Of a stretch of 64,000 nucleotides of DNA, positions 31,029 through 41,761 are shown in pieces. Made by a program: the position numbers and the translations under genes. Location: positions 357,674 through 421,673 of the IMG/VR virus record IMGVR_UViG_3300037067_004891; one strand, given 5' to 3'. The notes beneath the pieces were generated by a model. That model did not search any database. It was not told where the DNA came from and saw only the letters and a program-made list of their open reading frames with translations. Position 1 is the first letter of the stretch; each line of letters starts with the position of its first letter. Source of the DNA: a virus (Duplodnaviria > Caudoviricetes).

Positions 31029-33134
31029 ATGAACAAAATTTATGTGTTTGGTAGTACTGGTATGCTGGGTAGGTATGTTTTAACATATCTTAAAGAAAAT
31101 ATGGAAAATTATAAAATAATAACTATTACAAGAGCTGACATTGATATTACAAAAATAACATATGATGAATTAAGAAGAAAATTTTTGTTTTGGGGGTTGT
31201 CTACAAATGATATTATTGTTAATTGTGCTGGAATGATTAAACAAAGAAATGATAGTCCAGACTCAGATTTTATAATAGTAAATTCATTATTTCCACATCA
31301 TCTTGTTCAAATTGCTAAAACATTTGAAGCAAATATTATTCATATTTCTACGGATTGTTTTTTACCAAACACTAAAGTTATAACTAACAAAATGATACAA
31401 AATATAGAAGATATAAAAATAAATGATTTAGTTTATACACATACGGGTAAATTACAAAGAGTTTATGATATAAAACAGAAACAAGTTAATGAAGAAATTT
31501 TAAGTATAAAATGTTTAGGTAAAGATGAGTTCAAATGTACAAAAAATCACCCCTTTTTAATTATTAAAAGAAAAAGTAAACAAAAACCTAAATTAGAAAA
31601 TAAAGAATGGGTATTAGCAAAAGATTTAGAACTAAATAATTTAATTGTTATTCCAAAATTAAAAATACCAGAAATATCCATTTTTAATATTAATTTACTT
31701 AATTATTCAGATAAATATAAATACATTATAAATGAGTATGAATATTTTGAAAATAATATTAAGAGTAAAAAATTTGATAATTTTAAAAAATATTGTCGTG
31801 ATAATAATTTAAATTATAGAAAGATTAATCAGTGGATATATGATAAATCTAAACCTAAAATAATAAGTTTAAAACAACAAATAATAATATCAAATGACCT
31901 TATGTGGTTTTTTGGATTGTTTTTAGCAGACGGGTGGGTTGATAATAATATTCATAGAAAAAGTATTCATTTAACCATAGAAAATAATGATGTTTTAATA
32001 AACAAAATTGTTAATGTAATTAAAAAAGAGTTTGATAAAGAAGTAAATATTAGATATATAAGAAATCAAAAAAGTTGTGAAATTTATTTCACACACCAAT
32101 TACTATCTGAAATGTTATCTACTGATTTTTACATTTCTGAAAAACACTATTCTTATACTAAAAAAATACCACAGTGGATTAGATGTATTGGAAAAGAAAA
32201 TATCATATCATTTATTGATGGTTATTTTCATGAAAATGGTCATAATATTTTATTAACAATGTCTTCTGTTTCTGAAGCATTAATAAATGAGATGAATATA
32301 TTGTTTAATTATATTGGAATTCTGTCATATAAAAATACACTTAGAAAAAATAAAACAGGAGAAATACAAGGACGAAAAGTAAATCTAAAAACATCATATA
32401 TATTATCAATATCTGGTTCACAAATAGAAAAAGCTAACAAATTTTTTAATTTAAAATCTAATTTATTTGATAATTATAAAAGATATCAGAAATTTTTTGA
32501 AGATGATAATAACTGGTATGTTCCAATTAATAAAATTATTAAAGAGAATTATTCTGGTTATGTTTATAATTTAGAAGTTGAAGACGACCATTCATACCTT
32601 ATTAATGGTGGATTATCAGCACACAATTGTGTATATGATGGAAAATCAGGTAGTTATGATGAAAATTCAAAACATAATGCTGATGATCTATATGGTAAAT
32701 CTAAATCTCTTGGTGAACCCATAGAAGCTACTATTATACGAACTTCCATAATTGGAGAAGAAGTCAATAACAAAAAATCTTTACTTGAATGGGTTAAATC
32801 GAATAAAAATAAGAATGTTTTTGGTTTTACTAATCATACATGGAATGGTGTTACTTGTTTACAACTAAGTAAAATTATAAAACAGATTATAGATGAGAAT
32901 TTATATTGGGCTGGCGTAAGACATATATTTTCACCAAGGACTTTAAATAAATACGAATTAGTTAAATTAATATCTGATGTTTTCAAATTGAAAATAAATA
33001 TCACTGAAAAAGAAACAACCGAAAATTGTTTTAGGAATTTGTCATCTGTTTATGATGAGGTGAATTATTTCAATATACCAGATTTATCACAACAAATAAA
33101 AGAATTAGAAGATTATGATGTCATCAACAGATAG
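31029..33134 (+). CDS. RmlD-like NDP-4-keto-sugar reductase, intein-containing
   Basis: VFGSTGMLG, NCAG, IHISTD|CVYDG (split by the intein), YGKSKSLGE, RTSIIG. Confidence 0.9.
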   Translation: MNKIYVFGSTGMLGRYVLTYLKENMENYKIITITRADIDITKITYDELRRKFLFWGLSTNDIIVNCAGMIKQRNDSPDSDFIIVNSLFPHHLVQIAKTFEANIIHISTDCFLPNTKVITNKMIQNIEDIKINDLVYTHTGKLQRVYDIKQKQVNEEILSIKCLGKDEFKCTKNHPFLIIKRKSKQKPKLENKEWVLAKDLELNNLIVIPKLKIPEISIFNINLLNYSDKYKYIINEYEYFENNIKSKKFDNFKKYCRDNNLNYRKINQWIYDKSKPKIISLKQQIIISNDLMWFFGLFLADGWVDNNIHRKSIHLTIENNDVLINKIVNVIKKEFDKEVNIRYIRNQKSCEIYFTHQLLSEMLSTDFYISEKHYSYTKKIPQWIRCIGKENIISFIDGYFHENGHNILLTMSSVSEALINEMNILFNYIGILSYKNTLRKNKTGEIQGRKVNLKTSYILSISGSQIEKANKFFNLKSNLFDNYKRYQKFFEDDNNWYVPINKIIKENYSGYVYNLEVEDDHSYLINGGLSAHNCVYDGKSGSYDENSKHNADDLYGKSKSLGEPIEATIIRTSIIGEEVNNKKSLLEWVKSNKNKNVFGFTNHTWNGVTCLQLSKIIKQIIDENLYWAGVRHIFSPRTLNKYELVKLISDVFKLKINITEKETTENCFRNLSSVYDEVNYFNIPDLSQQIKELEDYDVINR
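31356..32627 (+). mobile_element. Intein (424 aa), LAGLIDADG endonuclease possibly degenerate
   Basis: Starts CFLPNT, block B CTKNHPF, ends VYNLEVEDDHSY...AHN|C. First motif FGLFLADG is intact; the second (FIDGYFHENG) is atypical. Confidence 0.92.
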
Positions 33135-33152
33135 TTATTACATTCACAAATA

Positions 33153-33240
33153 GTCAACTACCCCTTGGCTAAAGATCAAGGAGTTTGAACCGTGAGGTTT
33201 AAGAGTAATTAGTTGATTAGATGGCTAAAATTAAAAATTA
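33153..33240 (+). ncRNA. Truncated IscB omegaRNA/HEARO-like 5' element, copy 1
   Basis: gtcaactacc-ccttgg-ctaaag-atcaagg...agttgattag, near-identical to the reverse complement of 53695-53780. Confidence 0.55.
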
Positions 33241-33250
33241 GATTTATAAA

Positions 33251-33910
33251 ATGAATAATATACATTCATTAGAAATTAAGTTATTAATTCATAGATTGGA
33301 TTCTGTTCGAAAGGAAATGGAATTTAAAAATGAAAAATTAGATTTTGTTAATAATTTATTTTTCAAAGAAATACAAATCAATGATGATATTATTCTCAAT
33401 GAATACATAGTAGAGGATGAAATTGAAAAAGAAAATAATATTCCTATAAATGAAGAACAAATTACCGAAGAAGTTAATTCAGGGAATACAAATGAAATCA
33501 CAATAGAATCTATCAATGAAAAAAATATAGTCGATTTACCAGCCGATATTAAAAAATTTTTTAGAAAAATAACAGTATTAACACATCCAGACAAATTAAA
33601 AGAGGAAGACCCATTAAAAACAGAAAAACTAAAATTTTATATTGAAGTAACAAAGGCTGCGGATAAATACGATATAGCAACCATATTACTTATTGGATAT
33701 AAATTGGGTTTGGAAATTGATGTAGTGGAAAATTATACTGAATATATAAATAGAGAAATAAATAAACTATCTTTACAATTAAAAACAGTTGAATATACAA
33801 ATAGCTGGATTTGGTATCATACTTCTAATATAAATTTAAGAAAAATCATGATAGAAAGGATAAGAAATCAAATTGTAGCAAGTAGAAAACCGAAAAATAA
33901 TGAAAAATAA
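33251..33910 (+). CDS. J-domain-like protein
   Basis: KKFFRKITVLTHPDK (HPD motif) within a helical protein. Confidence 0.5.
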   Translation: MNNIHSLEIKLLIHRLDSVRKEMEFKNEKLDFVNNLFFKEIQINDDIILNEYIVEDEIEKENNIPINEEQITEEVNSGNTNEITIESINEKNIVDLPADIKKFFRKITVLTHPDKLKEEDPLKTEKLKFYIEVTKAADKYDIATILLIGYKLGLEIDVVENYTEYINREINKLSLQLKTVEYTNSWIWYHTSNINLRKIMIERIRNQIVASRKPKNNEK

Positions 33911-34119
33911 TGAAAAATAATGAAAAACATCTCAAACAAGATAAACAATTAATTAAAGATGGTTATATTTTTGTACCATATATTCCAATTGTATCAAAAG
34001 TGATAGTGTATGATAAAGATGGAACTCATGAATATAAACAAAAAAATCATAAAATGTTCATATTTAAGATACATCTGAGTATGCTTATTAATCAGTTTTT
34101 AAAAAAAATTTTTGACTGA
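33910..34119 (+). CDS. Hypothetical protein
   Basis: Short ORF with GYIFVPYIP. Confidence 0.4.
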   Translation: MKNNEKHLKQDKQLIKDGYIFVPYIPIVSKVIVYDKDGTHEYKQKNHKMFIFKIHLSMLINQFLKKIFD

Positions 34120-34130
34120 AAAATATGAAA

Positions 34131-34158
34131 AAGCCCTCACAATACGATGTGAGGACTT
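34131..34158. terminator. Hairpin between convergent genes
   Basis: aag.cctcaca-loop-tgtgagg.ctt. Confidence 0.45.
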
Positions 34159-34180
34159 ATAAACACATAACAACTAACTA

Positions 34181-34738
34181 CTATTCCAATGTTAAGATTA
34201 ATTTTACATCATGTTTGTCATACTGATAAATAACTTTTAAAGTATCTGTATTAAAGCCCACAATCTTCATTTTGAAGTCACCAAATTGACTATACATTAT
34301 TATATCATTATCGATAACAGCACAAGAATCGTATTTGAATGAATCATTAGCAGATTCTCGAATCGGTAACACACCTCTAATAACAGGATTAATCTCATTC
34401 AAGTTAAAATTCATAAAACCATATTTAAAAGCAAAATATAATTTGTGACTATAAATGTCATGACAGTATAAGTGAACAGTATCATAAGTTTCAAGCCATA
34501 TACAAAGGTTTAAATCATAATATATATGTTTAAACATGTTAGTTGTATCGATTCCAGAATCTGTACACCAAACATCATTAGTAACAAATGTTTCGTCACA
34601 ATAACTGGATATTCTCTTCCAGTTGTTATTCAAAATCTTACTATTTCTATTATATTTGATGACTTTATCGTCATCTACCTTAGTGCAACCAGCGATTAAG
34701 ATACTGATTAAAATCGAAAATATTAGTATTTTTTTCAT
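34181..34738 (-). CDS. Lipoprotein
   Basis: MKKILIFSILISILIAG|C lipobox, with the start reassigned to the ATG at 34738. Confidence 0.65.
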   Translation of the reverse strand: MKKILIFSILISILIAGCTKVDDDKVIKYNRNSKILNNNWKRISSYCDETFVTNDVWCTDSGIDTTNMFKHIYYDLNLCIWLETYDTVHLYCHDIYSHKLYFAFKYGFMNFNLNEINPVIRGVLPIRESANDSFKYDSCAVIDNDIIMYSQFGDFKMKIVGFNTDTLKVIYQYDKHDVKLILTLE

Positions 34739-34917
34739 ATTTTTAATTTTTAGTTTGTAATTATTGTACGTGACAAATATAAAACCTATATTAGTATAAA
34801 AAAAATCCTGTGAATTTTGTTTAAATATAATATATTTATTTTTAAAAATACCCATCAAAAATAAATATATAATGTTTTAATATATATACTCATAATAAAA
34901 AAAAGTAATTTTTAAAA

Positions 34918-36930
34918 ATGGCAAAAAAGCTGCACGGCAAGCAAATAAAGGATAATTCCATATCACAATCTCAATTAAGTTTAGTAACTCCAGTGAGTGC
35001 TAATGAAGCTGCAACTAAAGAGTATGTTGACAATATAATAACAATTTCAGGTGGTACTATTATTAATAATTATGGTACTAATAGAGTTTTAATATCAGAT
35101 GGGACATCAAAAGGAATAAATGCTGAATCGAATATAACATTTGATGGGAATAAATTAGGATTAAGTGGAAATTTATCGATAACAGGTAATACTTACTTAT
35201 ATAGTATTTCTTCTGCTACACAATCAAATTTATTATATTACAATTCGACAAATGGACAAATAACATATGGTGCAGTTCCAGTAGGCACTGTCACTTCTAT
35301 ATCAGCAGGTAATGGTATGGACTTTTCAACCATTTCAATAACTGGTGCTATTACTCTTGGAACGCCATCTGAATTGAATACTGGCACTACAAATTCAGTA
35401 TCAACCAACTCTCATACACATCAGTTCAATTCTACATCATATATAACAGGTTCGGATGGTATTTTAGTTAATGGCAATGGTCAATTTATTCTTGATAATA
35501 ATTACATAACTAATGCATCACTTGCGAACTTATATTCTTACACTGGTGTGACTTCAGATAGGGATTTAGGTATATTAGTATCAGGTCAAACACTTGGCAT
35601 GGTTTATATTACTAATACTGGAACTACAACAGCAGAAGTGAATTTAGGTACAACTGGAACTGGTAATGAAATAACACCATATAAAACTATCTCAGTAGCT
35701 TCAGGTCAGACTGTATCTGTTACAGTCAATTTGAGGTTATCGGATACTGTAAACACAACAATTTATATTAGTTCAGCAAGTTGGACAGATATTAATTTAG
35801 CAGTTCAATGGGCTAATATTACATATAAAAACGCTTCAACGACTATCTCACCAGGTGATTTGCCAATGGCAAGTGCTGTATCTTTGGGTGCTATAAAAGT
35901 TGGTAGTGGTCTTAGTATAAATGGTAGTGGTGTTTTATCGGTTACTGGGGTAACCACAAATTTGGATAATTTAACTGATGTTACTTTAACTTCACCTACA
36001 ATTAATCAATATCTCGTTTATAATGGTTCACAATGGATAAATTCTGGAATATCATTAACGACAAATTTAGATAGTTTATCTGATGTTACGTTGACTTCTA
36101 TTGTAAGTGGGCAAACATTAGTATATAATGGAAGTCAGTGGGTGAATTCTGGTTCAACTGGTGGTGGGGGCTTCTTAGGTAATATTACAAAAGATTCATC
36201 AGTCCCAAGTTTATTAGATAATAATCAATGGTTGAGACCAGAACCACAAATTGATGGTGTATTCAGCTACACATTCGACAATTTCTATGACAGTGGTAGT
36301 GTTGCTATAAATATTAATTTAAGTACTGAAGATGTTTTCCTTAGATACCAAAAAACTGGTAATTATTGGATAAAAGAATCATACAACAGACCATTATCAT
36401 CAGGTAAAACATGGATTGGTTCAGCAACTAACATTGTAGAGGAAATATCTGTCATTGAAGAATGGGTTAGTAGTATTTCTGGTCTTACACAAATAGGACA
36501 AAAATTTTCATGTCCAACTCAATCTATATTTAAAACAGACTTGGATGTAAATACAACACTTCCAAATTATATTTTCGTGCAAAATATTAATCTAAAAACA
36601 GTTGGAAATACTTTAATATTAACTATACCAACGGGTATGAATTGTTTATTAAGCAGTGCAAAATTAATAATATTAAATAATGCTTCACCGACATCATTTA
36701 CAGTGAGTATAGGTAACAATTCTTCATCTTATAATAATATTGTATCAGCTACGGTTATTGATGATGTATTAATTCGTGAATCATATGAATTAATTATTCA
36801 ATCTACTGGTTTACCAATAATGGCTGTTGCTGCATTAAGTGGAGCTTCACTATATTTCAAAGTATCAGTAGCTTCTACATTTGCGACCGATTTATATGCT
36901 AATTTATTGGTATTAGGATACTTATATTAA
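34918..36930 (+). CDS. Virion fibre protein
   Basis: N-terminus (LHGKQI) resembles that of 4251 (LKGKQI). EAATKEYVD; two LD.L.DVTL.S....Q.LVYNGSQW.NS repeats; MAS...LGAIKVG. Confidence 0.7.
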   Translation: MAKKLHGKQIKDNSISQSQLSLVTPVSANEAATKEYVDNIITISGGTIINNYGTNRVLISDGTSKGINAESNITFDGNKLGLSGNLSITGNTYLYSISSATQSNLLYYNSTNGQITYGAVPVGTVTSISAGNGMDFSTISITGAITLGTPSELNTGTTNSVSTNSHTHQFNSTSYITGSDGILVNGNGQFILDNNYITNASLANLYSYTGVTSDRDLGILVSGQTLGMVYITNTGTTTAEVNLGTTGTGNEITPYKTISVASGQTVSVTVNLRLSDTVNTTIYISSASWTDINLAVQWANITYKNASTTISPGDLPMASAVSLGAIKVGSGLSINGSGVLSVTGVTTNLDNLTDVTLTSPTINQYLVYNGSQWINSGISLTTNLDSLSDVTLTSIVSGQTLVYNGSQWVNSGSTGGGGFLGNITKDSSVPSLLDNNQWLRPEPQIDGVFSYTFDNFYDSGSVAININLSTEDVFLRYQKTGNYWIKESYNRPLSSGKTWIGSATNIVEEISVIEEWVSSISGLTQIGQKFSCPTQSIFKTDLDVNTTLPNYIFVQNINLKTVGNTLILTIPTGMNCLLSSAKLIILNNASPTSFTVSIGNNSSSYNNIVSATVIDDVLIRESYELIIQSTGLPIMAVAALSGASLYFKVSVASTFATDLYANLLVLGYLY

Positions 36931-36949
36931 AATTAATGAATATTATATT

Positions 36950-39247
36950 ATGATTAGAAATGGAAGTAATGTTTTAAAAAATGGAGAATATATATTTAAA
37001 TCACAGTCGTTATATTCGTATTTAGAAAGTAATTATTATTATTCTTTTTATGTGTATTTAACCACATCAGGATTAACACAGATATTTCCATTCAATATTT
37101 ATTGGTCTAAAACAACAAGTATGAGTAAATATATATATACATCTGATGTAAATGAATTAACAGTGGATTTAGGTTCTTCAAGTGAATCATCATGGAAAAA
37201 ACTGTACACTTTTGGAAATTGTGATGCCGTCCGTTACATTGGTACAGGTGGAAGTAATAATAGTAATCATTATGTTAGGGGTGATATGCAAGGTTTTTTA
37301 AATCAGTTTTCAAATTTAGAAAAATTTCATATTTTAAAAGGAACTTTCAACAAAAATTTGAATTATTTATCTTTACCAATAAAGTTGAAATATTTTTATT
37401 TAGACGACACAACTGTATCTGGAAATATCAGTACTTGGCAAAATACAAATAAATTAGAAGAAATATATTTTTTAAATACGCCATTTACAGGGAATATAAA
37501 TAATTTAAATATCACAAACGCTAAGACATTATATTTGAGTACTATAAATACTTTGAATTGTAATCTAAATAATTTTTTTAATAGTAATACTGGAATGTCT
37601 TATCTATATTTAAATAGTTGTGCTTTAATATCTGGTGATACCACAACATTAGATACGTCAAATCTTACTAATATTTATTTAAGTATATCAGCATCTCCTA
37701 TTTTTACTGGGTCTATAACAAATTGGACTTTTAATAATAATTTAACTTCTTTCTATTTATATTATAGATATAATACTGGAGATATTAGTAATTGGGATAT
37801 TGGTGATACTCAAATTACATCTTTTAGATTATTTCATTATTCTAATATTCAAATGAATAACAATGTTTATGGAAGTTTGTATAATTGGGAATTACCTAAT
37901 ACACTGTCAACATTTATATTATATGCTATTAGTGGAATAACATCAATTCCGAATGTTTTTAGTAATACTAATTTATCAAATATAAATATATCTTATTGTA
38001 ATAGTTTGTCTTCTATTTCTGGATGCACTTTTCCACAAACATTAACAGCAGTTAATATAACTTATAATTCTGCACTTAATGATGATATAAAAGATTTGAA
38101 TATAAATTCACAAATTATTTATATGCAACACAATTCTCTCAAAGGAAATATTGATGAATATACAATTCCAAGCGCAACTACCTATCTTTATTTGTATAAT
38201 AATAATATTACAGGATATTTTTCAGGATTAACTTATAATACTAAGATTTATAATTTACAATTAAATTACAATTTAATAAGTGGAAATATTGTAGGTTCTA
38301 TATTTCCACAATCTTTACAATCTTTAACCTTATCTAACAATCCTAATTTATATATCGATTTTAATGCTGGAACACTTAATCTGAGTGGTTTAACTTCTTT
38401 AGAACTGACTGCAATAAGTGGAATAACTGGTGATTTATCCAATTTAATAATACCTAATACAATTAGCAATCTGACAATTTATAATAGTAATTTTAATTGT
38501 GATTTATCCAAATTTAATCCATACAAAGTAACATCTACGCTGAATTTTGGGGGTTATATTAATAATGGTAAATTATATGGAGATATAACAAATTGGTTAA
38601 CTGGGTCAACTTCTAATATGTCAACTTTATATCTCAATGATAATTCAGGTTTATCAGGTGATACAACAAATTGGAAAATTACTGGAATTACTTATTTTTC
38701 TTGTACTAATACTGCATTATCTGGAAGACTTAAACATGGTAATGTTTATTATTTACAAACATATAATTCCTTAATTAGTAGTGATATTGGAGCTGATTTT
38801 AATTTTAGTAATCGTATGTATGATGTTCGAATGTATAATTGTAATTTATACGGAAGTCTTTCTGCTGTGACTTTGTATAATAACTTTAATAATTTTGACA
38901 TTCATAGTAATTCTGGTATAACTGGTATAAACGAATTTGTAAATTATGCTTTTATTAATAGAAAAAATTTTGGGATTTCTTCTACAAAAACTTTTAATAT
39001 GACAAATTTGGGTGATATAATAACTGGAACAACTGAAACTTTGGGTGATGTGGGAACGTATGTTGGTAATGCTTGGAATTTAACAGAAGAACAAGTTAAT
39101 AATTTATATGCTGGAACTGACTATAATGGAACTGGTACGAATGTTTTATGGACATCTAAACAAAAAATTTATTGGATGAAAAATGCAAAAGTTAGTTCAA
39201 CTAATAATACGCTTAGATATGCTGTTTTTTATTTTTATTACACCTAA
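36950..39247 (+). CDS. Leucine-rich-repeat-like protein in the fibre operon
   Basis: Recurring L..L.L.N..ISGDI.NW type repeats; Asn-rich. Confidence 0.6.
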   Translation: MIRNGSNVLKNGEYIFKSQSLYSYLESNYYYSFYVYLTTSGLTQIFPFNIYWSKTTSMSKYIYTSDVNELTVDLGSSSESSWKKLYTFGNCDAVRYIGTGGSNNSNHYVRGDMQGFLNQFSNLEKFHILKGTFNKNLNYLSLPIKLKYFYLDDTTVSGNISTWQNTNKLEEIYFLNTPFTGNINNLNITNAKTLYLSTINTLNCNLNNFFNSNTGMSYLYLNSCALISGDTTTLDTSNLTNIYLSISASPIFTGSITNWTFNNNLTSFYLYYRYNTGDISNWDIGDTQITSFRLFHYSNIQMNNNVYGSLYNWELPNTLSTFILYAISGITSIPNVFSNTNLSNINISYCNSLSSISGCTFPQTLTAVNITYNSALNDDIKDLNINSQIIYMQHNSLKGNIDEYTIPSATTYLYLYNNNITGYFSGLTYNTKIYNLQLNYNLISGNIVGSIFPQSLQSLTLSNNPNLYIDFNAGTLNLSGLTSLELTAISGITGDLSNLIIPNTISNLTIYNSNFNCDLSKFNPYKVTSTLNFGGYINNGKLYGDITNWLTGSTSNMSTLYLNDNSGLSGDTTNWKITGITYFSCTNTALSGRLKHGNVYYLQTYNSLISSDIGADFNFSNRMYDVRMYNCNLYGSLSAVTLYNNFNNFDIHSNSGITGINEFVNYAFINRKNFGISSTKTFNMTNLGDIITGTTETLGDVGTYVGNAWNLTEEQVNNLYAGTDYNGTGTNVLWTSKQKIYWMKNAKVSSTNNTLRYAVFYFYYT

Positions 39248-39293
39248 TTTTTGAATGATTATTTAATATATAATAAAAAACAAAATGATTTAA

Positions 39294-40562
39294 ATGCATA
39301 ATAAAGCGATATATATAAATGAAGCAGCTTATGTTGAAGGAATACTTGTTACAGGAGTCACATCGTTATCAACAGCTCTTTCATCTGAAATATCTGTGAG
39401 GGGTAGTTCTGATACATCTTTATCGACAGCTATTTCAACTGAAAATTCTACAAGAAGTTCTGGTAATATTTCATTATCAACAGCTATTTCAACAGAATCT
39501 TCAACAAGAGGATCAGTCGATACGTCTTTATCAACATCTATTAGTAATGTTATCAATGGTAGTAGTACATCAAATTTTATATTCGGTGCAACTGGTAGTG
39601 GAACTAATCATGCAAGTGTTATACAAAATTTGTTTGAATTACCACAATATAAATCGGGCTTTTGGGATATAAGTGGTGCTACTTGGACACCAAGTACTGG
39701 TTGGTTTTGGGGATTAACTATGGCACATAATTTAAATACATCAGGTTATAATTATAGTACTCAAATATGTTCTAATTATGTAGCACCAGTAAGTTTATAT
39801 ACAAGAAACATATATGGTGGTGCATCACCAATTGCTACTTCTTGGTATAAAATTTGGTGTGCCAATAATGATGGTGCTGATTCTGGTCTGGATGCTGACT
39901 TGTGGGATGGGTATCAATTTACTGATTATTTAAATCAGTCGGTCAAAAGTGGTTCAACACCTACTTTTGCTGGTATAAATTTCACTGGTGATTTAACAGT
40001 TGAATCACAAAATACGTATGATATTGGCACAACATCAGCATATCATAATCAAATTTATAGTTATCAATTTATTGCATATGCTACTGGTTCTAACATACCT
40101 GCTTACGCTTTCAATTCTGATACCAATACTGGATTTTATCAAGCATCTGCAAACTGGGGAAATATTGGTGTGTTGTTGGATAATGTTGAAGAATTTCGTT
40201 TTGCAGCAGGTGGAACTTTTCACGCTGATGCTGATATTGTCGCATATTCATCAACTGTATCTTCAGATAGAAGATTAAAAGAAAATATAACAAATATAGA
40301 CAGTGGTTTATCGATTATTGAAAAATTAAATCCAGTTTCTTTCACTTGGAAAGAAGAAAAAAGATCAAAAGATGGTGTTAATTTTGGTTTAATAGCACAG
40401 GAAGTTGAAGAAGTGTTACCTGATATAGTAAAAGAATTTATTTTATTAAATCTTGATGAACAATTATACAAAACAATAAGATATGAACAAATAATTCCAT
40501 TTTTAATCAAAAGTATACAAGAATTAAAAACAGAATTAGATAATTTAAAAAATAAAATATAA
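39294..40562 (+). CDS. Tail fibre with SLST repeats and C-terminal peptidase S74 intramolecular chaperone
   Basis: SDRRLKENI...LNPVSFTWK...GLIAQEVEEVLP...YEQIIPFLIKSIQEL; GADSGLDADLWDG. Confidence 0.85.
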   Translation: MHNKAIYINEAAYVEGILVTGVTSLSTALSSEISVRGSSDTSLSTAISTENSTRSSGNISLSTAISTESSTRGSVDTSLSTSISNVINGSSTSNFIFGATGSGTNHASVIQNLFELPQYKSGFWDISGATWTPSTGWFWGLTMAHNLNTSGYNYSTQICSNYVAPVSLYTRNIYGGASPIATSWYKIWCANNDGADSGLDADLWDGYQFTDYLNQSVKSGSTPTFAGINFTGDLTVESQNTYDIGTTSAYHNQIYSYQFIAYATGSNIPAYAFNSDTNTGFYQASANWGNIGVLLDNVEEFRFAAGGTFHADADIVAYSSTVSSDRRLKENITNIDSGLSIIEKLNPVSFTWKEEKRSKDGVNFGLIAQEVEEVLPDIVKEFILLNLDEQLYKTIRYEQIIPFLIKSIQELKTELDNLKNKI

Positions 40563-40564
40563 AA

Positions 40565-41059
40565 ATGGCAATATTAATTAATAAAATAATAAATTATAAA
40601 GGTATCACATTAGATAATATTTATCTTAGATTTATTTATAATTTAAATTTAAATTCAAGTGAGATAAAAATTGTTATTAGAATATACTATAACAAAGAAT
40701 CATATATAGAAAATACAGAAAAAAATATTTTATTGGAAGATGGTTTTTCATTTAAAACAGTATTTTTTTTAAAATATGATAGAATCATTGATGGTACAGA
40801 TATTTTATCTTTTATACACAATAAGATAAAATATATATTTATTAATGGTGAAACTAAAAACATATATAGTTATTACAAACAAGATATATTAGCTATCGAT
40901 GATAATGGTGATATTATATTGGATGATAATGGTAATGTTGTATATGAACACAAAACTGGTGATATATTAGTTGATGGTTCTGGTGAAGAAGTATTTACAA
41001 CTGTAGTGATACATGAACCATATTGTTTAGAATCAGAAATATCTATTATCGATATTTAA
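40565..41059 (+). CDS. Hypothetical protein, possibly fibre-associated
   Basis: Position between fibre genes. Confidence 0.45.
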   Translation: MAILINKIINYKGITLDNIYLRFIYNLNLNSSEIKIVIRIYYNKESYIENTEKNILLEDGFSFKTVFFLKYDRIIDGTDILSFIHNKIKYIFINGETKNIYSYYKQDILAIDDNGDIILDDNGNVVYEHKTGDILVDGSGEEVFTTVVIHEPYCLESEISIIDI

Positions 41060-41076
41060 AAAATATTTTTATTAAA

Positions 41077-41634
41077 ATGACGTTACCCGCATCAGGACAA
41101 ATATCTATAAGTGCTATAAATACAGAATATGGTAGAACATCGACATCTGATATGGATGCAAGTTTAACAACATTGAGTACAGAGGCTGAAAAGACACAAC
41201 CTGATTCAATGTCTGAATTTTACAATTTAACTGCATCAGCCGTAGAATACGGAACTGAGACTATCCTTCATAATGAATCAATGTTACAAGATAGGTATTC
41301 ACCAATTAATCGAAGTTATCATACATCTCCAAATACATTAGATGTTACAATCCAAATTTATTTGTATGTTTCAACAGCAGCAGTCACTACAGTATATTAT
41401 AGAAAAAATTCGGGTTCTTGGGTTTCATTAGCTACCAGAAATACGGCTGGAACTACAAACACATCATATACTATTTCCTCAATCTCATATAATGATGTAA
41501 TAGATGTTAGAACATATATAGCTGTAACAAGTTATAATAATTATGCGAGAGCTACTATTAGTGGCGTTTCTTGGTATACTGGTAGTGGTGTATTAGTTCT
41601 TGGTGACAATTTAATTCAACAATGTTATATATAA
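41077..41634 (+). CDS. Fibre-tip/adhesin-like protein
   Basis: The MTLPASGQISISAINTEYGR...SMSEFY N-terminus is typical of small genes following phage fibres. Start reassigned. Confidence 0.55.
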   Translation: MTLPASGQISISAINTEYGRTSTSDMDASLTTLSTEAEKTQPDSMSEFYNLTASAVEYGTETILHNESMLQDRYSPINRSYHTSPNTLDVTIQIYLYVSTAAVTTVYYRKNSGSWVSLATRNTAGTTNTSYTISSISYNDVIDVRTYIAVTSYNNYARATISGVSWYTGSGVLVLGDNLIQQCYI

Positions 41635-41761
41635 TCTGGTTATGGCTGTGTATAATAAGAAAGATTTGAAAAAAAGAATTATCATATTATCTAAATATGA
41701 TATCGTATTAGATGATTCCATCAATAAGCAAGAATTTATAGAAAGTCAAAAAAAATTTAAA

